From Anaeramoeba ignava BMAN (Eukaryota; Protista; Anaeramoebae), in contig JAPDFW010000104.1 in assembly GCA_028826165.1 (NCBI GenBank), positions 162,985-226,984 on the forward strand: a DNA stretch of 64,000 bases, read 5' to 3'. Positions within the stretch are counted from its first letter, which is position 1. Every line of letters starts with the position of its first letter. Of the stretch, positions 1 to 13,770 are shown piece after piece. Position numbers and translations under genes: made by a program. The notes below the pieces were generated by a model. That model made no database searches and was not told the DNA's origin. It worked only from the letters and a program-made list of their open reading frames with translations.

Positions 1-1405
1 AATATAAGATAATATTGAAATAAATTGGAATGAAAACAATTCCATAATTCCATTTGATTGTTCCATCAATTCTTAATCCTAAAAATATCAAGAAGATGAT
101 ACACAAAAACAGAAACTCAACATAATCTTCCAATCTTTGAATTTTGCATCAGTAGATTTGATCAAGAAGAGAATAGAAAAAATTATAGAAATAAAGAGAA
201 AAAGAAAAGGAATAAAAATAATAATCCAAGAACACTTAATAAAATTATCAACTCTTAATCCAATTAAAATACATTCAACCACAAATTCAATCAAAAAAAA
301 ATAAAACCTCAAAAAAAAAATCTTCACTTCTTTTTGAGGGTATATCTGTTTGAATAAGTTTGTCCGAATCAATAAAATCCATTCTATTAAATCGAGAATA
401 AGAAAACCAAATAAAGGAACAAAAAAAGCAAAATTTAAACCAGTTAATGTATAGAACCCTTCATTAATTTTGAGGGGGATTAAAAAAAAATATATTGTCA
501 ATCCCAAAAAAAAGCAACCGAGGGTAGGGGTTGTAAGATGATTATCGCGGAATTTGTGATAAGATTGGAATTTTTCTCTTCTTGGTGCATATTTAATCTG
601 ATTTTGGATTTTGATTCGTTCTTTCAAAAGAAGATGTTGAATTTTTCTTGCTTTTTCAATCATTTCTTCTTTTGGATTTTCTAATAATTTAATATATTTA
701 ATTCTTTCTTCTTCTGTTGAATTAAACACTGGTTTTCTTTCATTTGAATTTTCATCTTTCATTGTGGAATCATCAATTTTATTATTATTGAAATATTTTT
801 TCAATCTTTTTTCTCTTTCTTGATTTAATTTTTGGAAATGAGTTTGACTTAAATTTGGGAAATCTAAACTTTGATTTTGAATTTGAATATCATCAATTTC
901 ATTAATAAGTGGAGTTTGAAATCCTAAAATTTCATATTTTCTTTCATCAAAATTAAATTTCAATTTAAAATAATCAAAAATAAAAAAAATTTGATAAGAT
1001 TTAGCAATTTTTATCCATGTTTGTTTATCATTAAAAATATCTTGAAAATATCTGCAAGTTAATCCTAAATTAGTAAATGCTCCAGGAGATAAATATTCAC
1101 AAATCATTAATAAAACTAATTAAGGAAAAAAATTAGGAAAAAAGGAAAAAATTAAAAAAAAAGGAAAATAAAATTATTTTACTTTCTGTAGGAAGTTGAT
1201 TAAGTATTAAATTTTCTTTTTCTGGTGGAATTTTTTGATTTTTTGTTGAATTTAAATAATTTCCTTTTTTTAATAATTCAAAATCACTTTTTTCAATTTT
1301 CATTGCTCCTTTTTGTTTATAAATTTTTGTTTTAAAAGGAGAATTATCTATTTCAACCCATTTTTTTTCTTTTGTTCCTGAACTAAAAAAATGTAAAGGA
1401 TTCAT
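1..1405 (-). CDS. F-box protein with C-terminal TMEM185-like multi-pass membrane region (3' end runs off the window)
   Basis: Splicing the GT-AG intron 1116-1182 gives LNQLPTEILLMICEYLSPGAFTNLGLTCRYF (F-box). The C-terminus has repeated LGLR(V/I)D..I..(S/N)(W/Y)..(I/V)FIP hydrophobic hairpins. A frameshift near 105 continues as IFLGLRIDGTIKWNYGIVFIPIY. Confidence 0.75.
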
Positions 1406-1440
1406 TTTTAATTATTAATAAAAAATCAAAAGGAAAAAAA

Positions 1441-1472
1441 TGAAAACAGGAAAAAATTTTTTCCTGTTTTCA
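1441..1472. promoter_or_regulatory. Perfect 32-bp palindrome in a 99-bp bidirectional promoter
   Basis: TGAAAACAGGAAAAAA|TTTTTTCCTGTTTTCA lies between divergent ATGs at 1405(-) and 1505(+). Confidence 0.6.
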
Positions 1473-1504
1473 AAATTTCATTTTTTTTGCTTTTTTTTTT
1501 TAAA

Positions 1505-2938
1505 ATGGAAAATTATTTAAATTTAGAAAAACTTTCAAATGATTTAAAAAATTTATTTCAAAATCAAAATCAAAATGAAAATGGAAATTATTTTGATTTT
1601 GAAATAAATTGTGAACAAAATCAAATTTCATTTAAAACTCATAAATCAATTCTTTCTTCAAGAAGTCAATATTTTAAATCTCTTTTTAAATCAAAAATGA
1701 AAGAATATCAAGAAAATAAATTAATTCTAAAAGATGTTTCAAGTTCAATTTTATTCCCAATTTTGAAATATTTATATTCAGGAAAAATTGAAATTAATTT
1801 AGAAAATGCAATAGAAATTTTAATTTTTTCATCAAAATATTTAATTGATGAATTAATTGAAATTTGTTTAAATTTTATCAAAAATAATTTACAAATTGAA
1901 ACTATTGTTGATGTTCTTAAATTATCTGAATCAATGAACTTAAATGAATTATTAGATTATTCTTATAAATTTATTTCTGAAAATTTTGAAAAATTTATCA
2001 AAACTTCATTTTTTCTTGAACTTGAAGAAAATCATTTAAATTCAATATTATCAAAAGAAGATATTTCAACAAATGAATTTGAACTTTTCCAATCAATAAT
2101 AAAATGGAGAAAACATAAATCAAATGATAATCAAATTTCAAATATTATTATTGAAAAAATCAGATTCATTGATTTTTCAAAAGAAGAACTTGAAAATACT
2201 TTGAAAGAAGATTTAATTCCAAATAAAATTTCTGAAAAATTAATTCAATTACAAAAACTTCAAAAACAAAATGATGAAAAAGAATTAGAACAATTTATTG
2301 AAAAAGAAAAAGAAAATTCATTAATTTTTCAACCAAGATTTAAGTTTGATTCATCAATGGTTCAAGAAAAAGAACAAATAAAGAAATTAAAAGAATGGAT
2401 AAATGATAATGGATTCTTTTCCAAAATGAAAAAAGGATTTTCAGCCAAAAGAGATGGATTTTCTTCTTATAAATGGCATTCTAAATGTGATAATAAAGGG
2501 AAAACATTAGTTATTATCAAAACAATAAAAAACTTCATTTTTGGAGGATTTACTTCAGTTGGATTCACAAACAATAAATTAGAATGGAGAGAAGAAGATA
2601 GAAACACTGATCAAGGATTTATTTATGATGAAAATGCATTTATTTTTTCATTAAGAAATGATACAAATGATAGAAAACCTGAGAAATTTTCAATTCAAAA
2701 AGGAGAAGAAAAATTTGCAATTAAATATCATCCAATTTATAATCCTGCTTTTGGAAAATATGGACCTGGAAAAGCTGATTTTTGTTTATATTCAGATTTA
2801 AACGGTTTTTATTCAAATTTTGGATCTGTTTATAATTTACCTGATGGAATTGAATATGAATCAAATGAAGCAAAAAGTTATTTAGCTGGTTCTTATGGTG
2901 ATTGGGAAGTTGATGAACTTGAAACTTATTTCATTTAA
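1505..2938 (+). CDS. BTB-BACK-TLDc protein
   Basis: BTB motif DFEI..FKTHKSILSSRSQYFKSLF..ILKYLYSG; TLDc motifs AKRDGFS..WHSKCDNKGKTLVIIKT..FIFGGFT and terminal VDELETY. True ATG at 1505. Confidence 0.9.
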   Translation: MENYLNLEKLSNDLKNLFQNQNQNENGNYFDFEINCEQNQISFKTHKSILSSRSQYFKSLFKSKMKEYQENKLILKDVSSSILFPILKYLYSGKIEINLENAIEILIFSSKYLIDELIEICLNFIKNNLQIETIVDVLKLSESMNLNELLDYSYKFISENFEKFIKTSFFLELEENHLNSILSKEDISTNEFELFQSIIKWRKHKSNDNQISNIIIEKIRFIDFSKEELENTLKEDLIPNKISEKLIQLQKLQKQNDEKELEQFIEKEKENSLIFQPRFKFDSSMVQEKEQIKKLKEWINDNGFFSKMKKGFSAKRDGFSSYKWHSKCDNKGKTLVIIKTIKNFIFGGFTSVGFTNNKLEWREEDRNTDQGFIYDENAFIFSLRNDTNDRKPEKFSIQKGEEKFAIKYHPIYNPAFGKYGPGKADFCLYSDLNGFYSNFGSVYNLPDGIEYESNEAKSYLAGSYGDWEVDELETYFI

Positions 2939-3062
2939 AACATTTGAAACATTTTTCAAACAAAAAAATAAATAACATCAAAGTCAAATTAATCAAATAA
3001 AAAAAAAAGAAGAAGATAAAAATCAAAATTTAAATTTTCATTTTTATCTTTTTAAAAAAAAA

Positions 3063-5919
3063 ATGGATAAAAATTTAAATCAAAATAAAATTAAAATTGG
3101 ACCAAAAACATTAACAACACTTCAATTATCAATTCCAAATAAAGAAAAAATTGATTTAAATACATTTATTGAAATTACTTCAAAAAAAACAAATTTATCA
3201 AAAAATGAAGCAAAAAAATTATTTTTTGAAGTTGATTTAGATGGAGATAATATTATAAATTGGGATGAATTTGTTAATAATTTTGTATTTTCTGAAAATT
3301 TAAATGAAGAATCAAATTCTGAAATTTATTTACTTAAAAAATTTGGAAATGAAATTGAAAATGAAAATGAAAATGAAAATGAAAAAATTAGTTCACTTTG
3401 TTTTCTAAATCATCAAAATAAATACATTTCAACAGGAAATAATGGGATTATCAAGTTATGGTCATCTTCTTCTTTGGAATGTGTTAAATCAATTCAAGTT
3501 AATCAAAATAATACAATGTTAACTGATTCTTGTAAAATTGAAAATGACGATCTTATCGCTATAAGTTCATGTGCTAGAAAAATTCATTTATATCATTTAC
3601 CTTCTTTTGATTTTATTGATGAAATTGTTGATATTCCAAATATTCCTCTTTGTCTTCATTCTTGGTCAAATTATCAAGATAAATTTCTTTCTTTTGGAGA
3701 TGAAAAAGGTCAAAGTAATTTTTTATTTTAAAAAATTTAATTAATTTTCAATTTAAAAACTAATTTAAATTTTATTTAAAGTTTTTATTATGAAAAAAAT
3801 GATCAATTCAGAAAAGAAATTTTTCAAAATTAATAATAATAATTCAATAAAACTTATTCCACATAAAGATTGGATTTCACAAATTAAATTATGGGGAAAT
3901 ATTGGAATTTTATCAAGTTCATATGATAAAACATTGAAAATTACAGATATAGAAAATCAATCAGTAATTGAAACACTTGAAGGACATGAAAAAGCATGTT
4001 TTTGTTTTGATACTTGTTCTTCACTTGGATTTATTGCAAGTGGAGGACTTGAACGTTCAATTTTGATTTGGAGTCCTCATATAAATAAACCAACTATGAT
4101 ATTATCAGGTCACACTTCTTCAATTGTTAAATTAATTGTTCTTGAAAATGAAAATTTATTAGCTTCACTTTCTCTTGATAAATCAATTAAATTATGGGAT
4201 ATTAGAAATTTTCAATGTGTTCAAACAATTCAATTTGATTCTTTTCAATTTAATTCAAAAAAGAAGAAATTTACAAAATCAAATTCTTTATCAACTTGTA
4301 TGATTTATGATAATAAAAAAGAACAAATAGTTACTGCTTCAAATAAACTTACTATTTGGAAGGTGAAAAAGAAAAAAACAAAAAAGAAATTTATTAATTT
4401 AATTTTTAATTTTTTATTTTAAATTTAGAAAAATCCAAATCAAAATTTAAAATCAAATTTCTTAAAAAATCAATTTCATCAAGATAAAATTATAAATACA
4501 TTATATAATGAAACATTTCAACAAATTTATTGTATTGATGAAAGAGCAAAAATGAGGTAAAATTTCCCTAAAAAAAGAAAAAATTTAAATTAAATTAATA
4601 AAATAAAAAAGTATTTGGAATATTTTAAATGGAAAAATAGAAAATCAAATTCAAATCCAAATCAAAGAAAAAGTATCAAATGTAATTTTTGATAAATTTA
4701 AAAGAAAATTAATTATTGGTTGTGAGAAAGGATTTCTTTATATTGTTAATCCTTCAAATGGGAAAATAATTTCAAAAGTTCAACAAAAAAACAAAATTCA
4801 AATTAATAAAATATTATATTCATTTCAAAAAGAAACAAATGAAAAACAAATTATAAGTTTTGGATTAAGTAAAGATATTTATATTTGGAAAGAATATGGG
4901 AATGGGTTAATTAAATTTCAATCAAAATTAACTCATAAATATGATGATATTTGTTCAGTTTGTTTATGTTTTCCAAATTTAATTATTTCATCTGATTGGA
5001 AAGGGAATATTTTCATTTGGAATTTAAATACTTTTCAACTTTATGATTCTTTTCAATATTTCTCAAATTTAAATATTCAATTACTTCAATTTCTTGATTC
5101 AATTAATTCATTAATAATTATTGGGAAATTTGGTTTAATAATTTGGTCTTTAGATTTAAAAAAGATTTTATTTGATTATTATAATGAAGAAAATGAAGAA
5201 AAAAATTTAATTTCTTTCACTTCAATTTGTTTAGATGATTCTCAATCATTATTATTATTAGGAGATTCAAATGGAATAATTAGTATTTGGGAAATTATTA
5301 ATAACAATAAGAAGAATATTCAATTATTATTAAAAAATTTTTGGCAAATTGAAAATGAAAATGAAAATGAAAATGAAAATGAAATTATTGGATTAAGTTT
5401 TATTCAAATTTCAAATCAAAAATTCATTTTATCAAATTCAAATTTTAATGTTTATATTTGGAATTTAAATGGAATTTGTTTAGGAAAAATTGGAAATGAA
5501 GAAAAAAATTGGAATTTATTTTCAAATCAATCAAAAAAAGAAAAAGAAAAAGAAGAAAAAGAAAAGAAATTATCTTCTTTATCTTTTTATTTAAATTTCC
5601 TAAATAATCAATCAAAAAAAGAAAAAGAAAAGAAAAAAGAAAAGAAGAAGAAAAAGAAAAAGAAAATTCAAATTATGAAAAAGAAGATGAAAAAGAAAAA
5701 AATTATTTTAAATCAAAACCTTTTTCAGAAATATTAAAAAAATTAAAAAAAGAAATTGATAAATTTGAAAATGAAAGAATTATTAATGAAAAAAATGAAG
5801 AAATAAATTTAAAAAAGAAGAAAAAACAAAAATTAATAATAAGAAGAAAAAAAGAAAAAAAAGATTTAAATTTTTCTTATCAATCATATAGAAATTTAAG
5901 AATTCAAAATTTGAATTAA
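3063..5919 (+). CDS. EF-hand + WD40 repeat protein (WDR49/WDR64/EFCAB8-like), multi-exon
   Basis: EF-hand DLDGDNIINWDEF followed by GH...WD repeats (LSGHTSSIV..LSLDKSIKLWDIR). Introns at about 3715-3781, 4363-4428 and 4557-4611. Confidence 0.75.
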
Positions 5920-5984
5920 ATTCAATTCAAATCAATTTTAAATAAAGATTTAGAATAAAAAATATAAATATTTTTATATTTTTT

Positions 5985-8900
5985 TTAATCACTTTCATCT
6001 TCATCTTCATCTTCATCTTCATCTGTTTCAAGAATATTATCATCATCATCATCTTCATCATCTTCATCACTTTTTTTATCATTATATTCTTGATCTTCCT
6101 CACTTTCATCACTTTTAACAAGAAAATTATTAAGTTCACTTTCACTTTCATCTTCATCTTCATCTTCATCTTCATCTTCATCTTCATCAGTTTCTTCATT
6201 ACTTTTAATTTCATCTCCTTCACTTTCTTCATCTTCATCTTCATCTTCATCTTCATCTTCATCTTCATCTTCATCTTCATCTTCACTTTCTTCATCACTT
6301 TCAGATTCAATTTCTTTCTCTTTCTCTTTTTCTTTTTCTTTTTCTTCTTCATTTTCATTTTCATTTTCAATTTCCATTTCTTTTTCTTTCTTATTTTCTT
6401 TCTTATCTTCTTTCTTATCTTCTTTCTTATTTTCTTTCTTATCTTCTTTCTTATTTGATTTTGATTTATTATGTCTTGATTTTTTTGTTTTATGATGTGA
6501 ATTTTTCTTCTTTTTTCTTTTTTTTCTTCTTTTTTTCTTTTCAATTACTTCAGTATTATAAAATTCTGTAGGAACCATTTGTGACATTAAAATATGTCCA
6601 TCTAATGTTTTATGTTCTAATTTGGAAACTTTTAATCTTCTTTCAACCATTGAATTTAATTTAGAAACTTTGGAAACAAACATATCTAAATGTTTTTTAA
6701 TTTGAGGAATAATTTTTAATGTTTGTTTTTCTCCTTTAATTTTATGATGATCACATAAACTTTGTAAATATATATTTTGTGATTGAAATGTTTTAAGAAT
6801 TTCTGTAATTTTGGTTTCTTGTGCAACAAAATGTTGTTGAAATAATCTCATTGCTTTTAATACAAATGTTTGAATAAAAGCTTTACTTCCTTTTAAAACA
6901 GTAGTATGAACTCCTTTTAAATTAGCAAATCTTGATGTATTATCTAATATTTTTGTAAAATATTCAACACATTTTCCAATTAATTCAAGTCTGTTATCAA
7001 TAATATAAACTGCATTTTTTGTTGGGATTAATTTGATTATCATTTTGTTTAATTCTTCCAAAATATATTTTAAATAGGTTGTATATGTTTGTGCTTTTAA
7101 TGTTCCAATATTAAATGGTTCTTTTCCCATTTCTTCAATTATTTTATTGATAATTTCAAATATATTTTCGTTTGCTAATTCAAATATTATTTTGATCATT
7201 TTCCCAAGTTGAATAGAACGTATTGTTGATTTAAATCCTGATTTAGCTTCATCCCAATTTTTTTCAATAAATTTAAAAATGATTTGACTAATTTCTTTTG
7301 AAATTTCTTTGTTATTTTTGTATAAATGAGTGATAGTAAATAATAAATCTGCAAAATTTGAAGAAATTGAAAATGTTTGAATAAGAGAAAAGAATTTTTC
7401 TGATTTAAAAAATGAAATATCTAATGGAATATTTTCATTTAAATTTATATTCATTTCATTTGTATTTTCATTTTCATTTGTATTTTCATTTTCATTTTCA
7501 TTTGTATTTTCATTTGAATTTTCATTTTCATTTGTATTTTCATTTAAATTTCATTTTCATTTGTATTTTCATTTAAATTTAAATTAGATTTTCTTAATGA
7601 ATCTCGAATTCTTTGTTTTGTTTGTAAATATTCTGGATCATTAATATTTTTCCCAAATGCAATTGAATAATAAAATTCAAAAATTAAAAAATCTCTTTCT
7701 TCTTTACTTAAATTCCCACTTTTTAAAATATTTGTTGAAATTTGAAGAATTGTTGTTGCACAACTTTGATATTTTTTAAATTTTTCAATTTCTGTTGAAT
7801 CATTTTCTTCATTTTCTTCATTTGATTTGAAAATTTCATAACTTTTACTTAATAAATCTCGAAGATGGATATAAACATTTGGCATACTTTCAATTATAAT
7901 TTTGATAATTTCTTGTTTTGGGATTCTTTCCATAAAAGAAAATGAATTTTTTTGATAAATTGAAAGTTGATCATTTCCTTTTAAATAATCTGGTTTTTTC
8001 ATAAAAAACATTAATTTTGGAGGGAAAATTATTTTGGTTTTGTTTTGTAAATCATTTAATAAAAATTCTAATTCTTCAATATTTAAATCATTATTTTTTG
8101 GATTTTCTTTGATTTGAGATGAATGTTTCATAACAAATAAAGCTTGTGGAGTGATTTCTCTATAATATTGAGAAATTACATTAATCATTTTTGGTGTTGG
8201 ATTTTTCTTGGAATCTTTCTTGGAATCTTGACTTTCATTTGATTGAGTATTATTTAAATTTAAATTTGTAAAATCATAAAATAATTGTAATTCAAATCCT
8301 AAATATTGTTCTAAACATCTTTTTAAAAATGATTGTAATTTCAAAACTTTTCCAAGTTGAAATCGAATGTTTTTAACTAAATAAATATTTGTGGAAACAT
8401 TTTCACTTGAATAAATATTAATAATTTCTCTAAATAAATTAATTGCATGGAAAAGTGAAATACAAACTATTGTTTTTTCTCCATTTTTTAAATTATAAAA
8501 AGTGTTTATAATATTTTCTGAAGGAAGTTGTATTGTTAAATTTTCCAATTTTTCTGCAATAAATGATTTTTCATTTTCTGAATAAAATAAAGAATTATAA
8601 ATTCTAATTAAAGAAGGAATAGTAAATAATTCAATTTGTTTTTGTTTATCTCCTGTTGTTAAATTAAATAGGATTGGATAAATTAATTTTGTTTTTTTTT
8701 CTTTTGTAAATTCATTTGAATCCCATAAACTGTAATCTTTTAAAAGATTTGATTCTGATTCTGAATCTTTTTTACACATTTTATTCAACTTGGATTCTGA
8801 AACTAGAATATTGGAAAATTCTTGATTGATTAAGGAAATGATATTTGAATAAATATCTTTTTCATTTCTTTCGTTTGAATTATCATTATTGTGAAGAATA

Positions 8901-10699
8901 TTAATTTTTTTGTTTTTGAATAAAAAGGAAATTTCATCAAATAAAAAAGATTGAATAAGTTTTTCTAATCTTGGCGCATTAATAATAATATCAAATGTTG
9001 AATTAATTTGATTTTTTGGAGATGAAAATAATTGACTATTTAAACTGTGATTATTATTATTATTGTTGTTATTATCTAATATAATTTCTTTTGAAAGTTG
9101 TTCAAGAAGAGAACATCCACATAATATTCCATTTAATTTATCTTCAAGTTTTGGACTATTAACTTTTTTACGAAGAACCATTTGGATTTCATCTTGTAAA
9201 CTTTTATCAACATTTTTTGAAGATGTTAAAATACCTAATACTTGAAATGTTTTACGAATTTGATTTTGATTCATTTCTGATAACGGAAGGAAAATTGCTT
9301 GAATAAGAAGTGAAAATTTAGCAAGTTCATCTGGTAAAGAAATTGAAATTTCAACTAATGTATTAATTGCATGATCAACTTCTTTTTCAACTTGAGATGA
9401 AATGTGAGTTAAAATTGATGAAACAACTTCTTGTTTAAGAAAATAATCATCAAAAAATGAAAAGCAAAGAAAATAAAGTTGTTGAGCAAATTTGGCAATA
9501 ATATCAATTTGGTTTCTAAGAAATAATTCTGCTAAAGAGATTATACTTGTGAAATCATCTATTAATGTGCAATTAATTTTACTAAACATTTCTTGAAGTT
9601 TTTCTGAATTGATAATTTTCTTCTTGATTAAATTTTTGATAATTCTGATAACTTCTTGTTTTTTATCAATTCTAAGTTCTGAAATTATGATTAATAACCA
9701 AATGTGAATAATATTGAGTTTTTCTGAAGATTTGATGTTTTTGATAGATTTTAAGAAAAGATCTGAAAGCTTTTTATTGCTTCTAGCTCCAATTCTAACT
9801 TGTTCAAGAATTTCCTTAATATTTTTAGAAATTTTATCATCTTGGATAATATTTTTCTTTTCTAAATTTTGGATATTTTTAGTTGATGTGATTAAAGTTA
9901 ATTTTGCATCAATTTTGTTAATCAAATCCATTAATAATTTTTCAAAATTAGCATCTTTTAAACCACTTGAAGAATGTAATAAAAAATGAATAACAATAGG
10001 AAGTTCTGAAATATCCATTGAATCAATAAGCATAACAGCTCTTGATTTCCAGTTCTCAACAACTTCTTCTGAAAGATTAAAATTGGATAAAGCTTGAAAC
10101 ACTGAAACACCAACTTGAGGGTTTTTAGTCATTAAATTATCAAGTCTTTGTTCAGCAACAAAATGTTGAGAATCTTCAATAATTTTAGGAAGATTATTAA
10201 TAACAATTTTTTGAATATCAAGAGGAAAATTTGAGATTTTATCAAAAATTAATTGGGAATATTTTTGAGGATTAAATATTTGAGGAAGCCAAACAAATTG
10301 GTTAATTATTAAATCAAAAAAAACTGAAGCTTCTTTTTTTTCCATTTCTTCATAAATATATTCAAGTTGAGAAAATAAAAGTTCTGTTAAAGGAATTTGT
10401 AATTCATTTAATTGAAGCATTATTCTTAAAATACTTTGTTGAGTAATTGCAAAATGGTTTATATTTGTTTCAGTTGTTATAACTGGAAGAAGTATTTTTT
10501 GGAAAGTTTTTCTTTTTGAAATTATTTCTTCTATTTTTTCAATAATTTCATTTATAAAATTTTTTGTTTGATTTAATTTTGTTTTTAACGTATTTGTAAA
10601 TTGTGTTTCATTTTTTATTTGAATTCCATTTTCTTTAATTTTAATTCCTAAAATATTAAAGATATTATTTGAATTTTTTTGAGATTGTTTTTGTGTCAT
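5985..10699 (-). CDS. FANCD2: Fanconi anemia group D2 protein homolog (one frameshift in an N/E repeat at ~7540)
   Basis: IINQFVWL..KIVINNLPKIIEDSQH, KQEVVSSILTHISS, QDEIQMVLRKKVNS (the monoubiquitinated Lys region) and QSLCDHHK..IPQIKKHLDMFV match FANCD2 motifs. Acidic tail. Confidence 0.9.
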
Positions 10700-10884
10700 T
10701 TTATTTTTATTTTTTATTTTTTATTTTTTAAAAGAGAAAAATGAAAAATTAAAATAAATAAAAAATTTTTTTTTCTTTTTATATTGATTTATTTTTTTTT
10801 TCTTATTAAAAATTTAATAATTAAATCAATTTAAATTATTCAATTTAAAAATTTATTTTAAATTATAAAAATAAACAATTATTT

Positions 10885-12325
10885 TTATTCAAAAATATTT
10901 AATTTCCAATTTATTTTTCAATTTCTCTAAATAATTTATTTTTAAAAATTTTTATATTAAATTTAATTATATATTTATTAATTTTTATTTCCAATTTTTT
11001 ATTTAATTTAATTAAAATATTTTTATTTTTATTTATTAAAAATATTTAATTTCCAATTTATTTTTCAATTTATCTTAAATAATTTATTTATAAAAATGTT
11101 TATATTAAATTTAATTATATATTTATTAATAATTTTATTTTCAAATTTTTATTTAATTTAATTAAAATATTTTTTATTCCACTTTTTATTTAAAAATATT
11201 TAATTTTTAATTTATTTTTCAATTCATCTTAAATAATTTATTTATAAAAATGTTTATATTAAATTTATTTATATATTTATTAATAATTTTATTTTCAATT
11301 TTTATTTAATTTAATTAAAAATATTTTTATTCCACTTTTTTATTTAAAAAATATTTAATTTCAAATTTATTTTTCATTTTTAAATAATTTATTTCTAAAA
11401 ATGTTTATATTAAATTTAATTATATATTTATTAATAATTTTATTTCCAAATTTTTATTTAATTTAATTAAAATATTTTTATTCCACTTTTTATTTATTAA
11501 AAATATTTAATTTCAATTTATTTTTTCATTTTATCTTAAATAATTTATTTATAAAAATATTTATATTAAATTTAATTTATATATTTATTAATAATTTTAT
11601 TTTCAATTTTTATTTAATTTAATTTAAAATATTTTTATTCCACTTTTTATTTATTTAAAAATATTTAATTTCCAATTTATTTTTCATTTTTAAATAATTT
11701 ATTTATAAAAATGTTTATATTAAATTTAATTATATATTTATTAATAATTTTATTTTCAATTTTTATTTAATTTAATTAAAATATTTTTATTCCACTTTTT
11801 ATTTATTTAAAAATATTTAATTTTTAATTTATTTTTTTCATTTTCTCTTAAATAATTTATTTTAAAAATGTTTATATTAAATTTAATTATATATTTATTA
11901 ATAATTTTATTTTCCAATTTTTATTAAATTTAATTAAAATATTTTTATTCCACTTTTTATTTATTTAAAAATATTTAATTTTTAATTTATTTTTCATTTT
12001 TCCTTATTTTTATTTATAAAAATGTTTTATATTAAATTTAATTAAATATTTATTAATAATTTTATTTTCAATTTTTTATTTAATTTAATTTAAATATTTT
12101 TTATTCCACTTTTTATTTATTTAAAAAATATTTAATTTTTAATTTATTTTTTTCAATTTATCTTAAATAATTTATTTCTAAAAAATATTTATATTAAATT
12201 TATTTATATATTTATTAATAATTTTATTTTCAATTTTTTATTTAATTTAATAAAAATATTTTTTATTCCACTTTTTATTTATTTAAAAAATATTTAATTT
12301 CCAATTTATTTTTTTCATTTTTTTC
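10885..12325. repeat. AT-rich tandem array, ~155-bp unit x ~9
   Basis: AAAAATATTTAATT recurs about every 147-162 bp. TTATTCCACTTTTT and A(T)GTTTATATTAAATTTAAT occur in most units. Confidence 0.9.
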
Positions 12326-12394
12326 CTTTTCATTTTTCCTTTTTCATTTCTTTTCCTTTATTTTTTCTTTTTCATTTTTATTTTCTTTTGATAA

Positions 12395-13227
12395 ATGGAA
12401 ATTAAAATTTTAAATTTAATTTTTTTAATCTTAATAATATCAATAACAATATCAAAATCAATAACTTGTAAAGAATCAACACCATTTAATTCACCTTCTA
12501 ATTCACCTACACCAACACCTACACCAACACCAACACCTAACACCAACACCTACACCTTCTAATTCACCATCTAATTCACCTACACCAACACCAACACCTA
12601 CACCTTCTAATTCACCATCTAATTCACCAACACCAACACCTTCATCAACACCTAAACCTTCATATACACCTTCACCTTCTAATTCACCTACACCCTCTAA
12701 TTCACCAACACCAACACCAACACCTTCACACCACATCAACACCTTCATCTACACCAACACCTAAACCTTCATATACACCTTCACCTTCTAATTCACCTTC
12801 TAATTCACCAACACCTTCACCAACACCTAAACCTTCTAATTCACCTACACCTACACCTAAACCTTCATATACACCAACACCTACACCAACACCAACACCT
12901 ACACCTTCATATACACCTTCACCTTCTTCATCTACATCCAAAACAGCAGCATTAAGTGGAAAAGTAATTGTTGGGACAATAGTTGTTGTTGTAATTTTAT
13001 TAATTTTATTTTGGATTTTTATTTTGATTAAAAGAAAAAAAGCAAGATATTTTGTTCCTATTGGAACTATTAATGAAACACTTTTTGAAAGTTTTTCTGA
13101 TGATGGTTTTGAACAAGATAGTGATTCTAAAAAAAAATATGATGATATTAATAATGATAATGAAAATGAAAGAAATTATAGTGGATCTGAATCAAGTGAA
13201 TTTAAAAATCGATTTTCAAATTTTTAA
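12395..13227 (+). CDS. Pro/Thr/Ser-rich (mucin-like) type-I membrane protein, paralog A1 (frameshifts inside the PT repeats)
   Basis: Signal [19 protein letters not shown], then (PT/SPSN/PKPSY)n, [23 protein letters not shown], tail [24 protein letters not shown]. Close paralog of 14118-14528. Confidence 0.75.
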
Positions 13228-13361
13228 ATTTTTTCAAAAAAAGAAGCATAATTTGTTATTTTTTGTTCTTTATTTCTTTAAAAGAATTTAATTAAATTTA
13301 AAATAAAATCATTAATTATTATTATTATAAATGAAATCAATCCAATTATAATATAAAATTT

Positions 13362-13770
13362 TTTTCAATTTCTCTTAAATAATTTATTTCTAAAAAATAT
13401 TTATATTAAATTTAATTATATATTTATTAATAATTTTATTTTCAAATTTTTTATTTAATTTAATTAAAATATTTTTTATTCCACTTTTTATTTATTCTAA
13501 AAAATATTTAATTTTTAATTTATTTTTTTCATTTTTTTCTTAAATAATTTATTTTTAAAAATATTTATATTAAATTTATTTAAATATTTATTAATAATTC
13601 TATTTTCAATTTTTTATTTAATTTAATTAAAATATTTTTTATTCCACTTTTTATTTATTTAAAAAATATTTAATTTTTAATTTATTTTTTTCATTTTTTT
13701 CCTTATTTTTATTTATAAAAAATGTTTATATTAAATTTAATTTTATATTTATTAATAATTTTATTTTCCA
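13362..13770. repeat. Further ~2.5 units of the 155-bp array, merging into the start of the gene at 13722
   Basis: Same unit as 10885-12325. Confidence 0.85.

Noticed and set aside
10885-12325. CRISPR-like repeat-spacer array
   Set aside because: Whole units are repeated with no unique spacers, the context is eukaryotic, and there are no cas genes. The same applies to 47325-48375.
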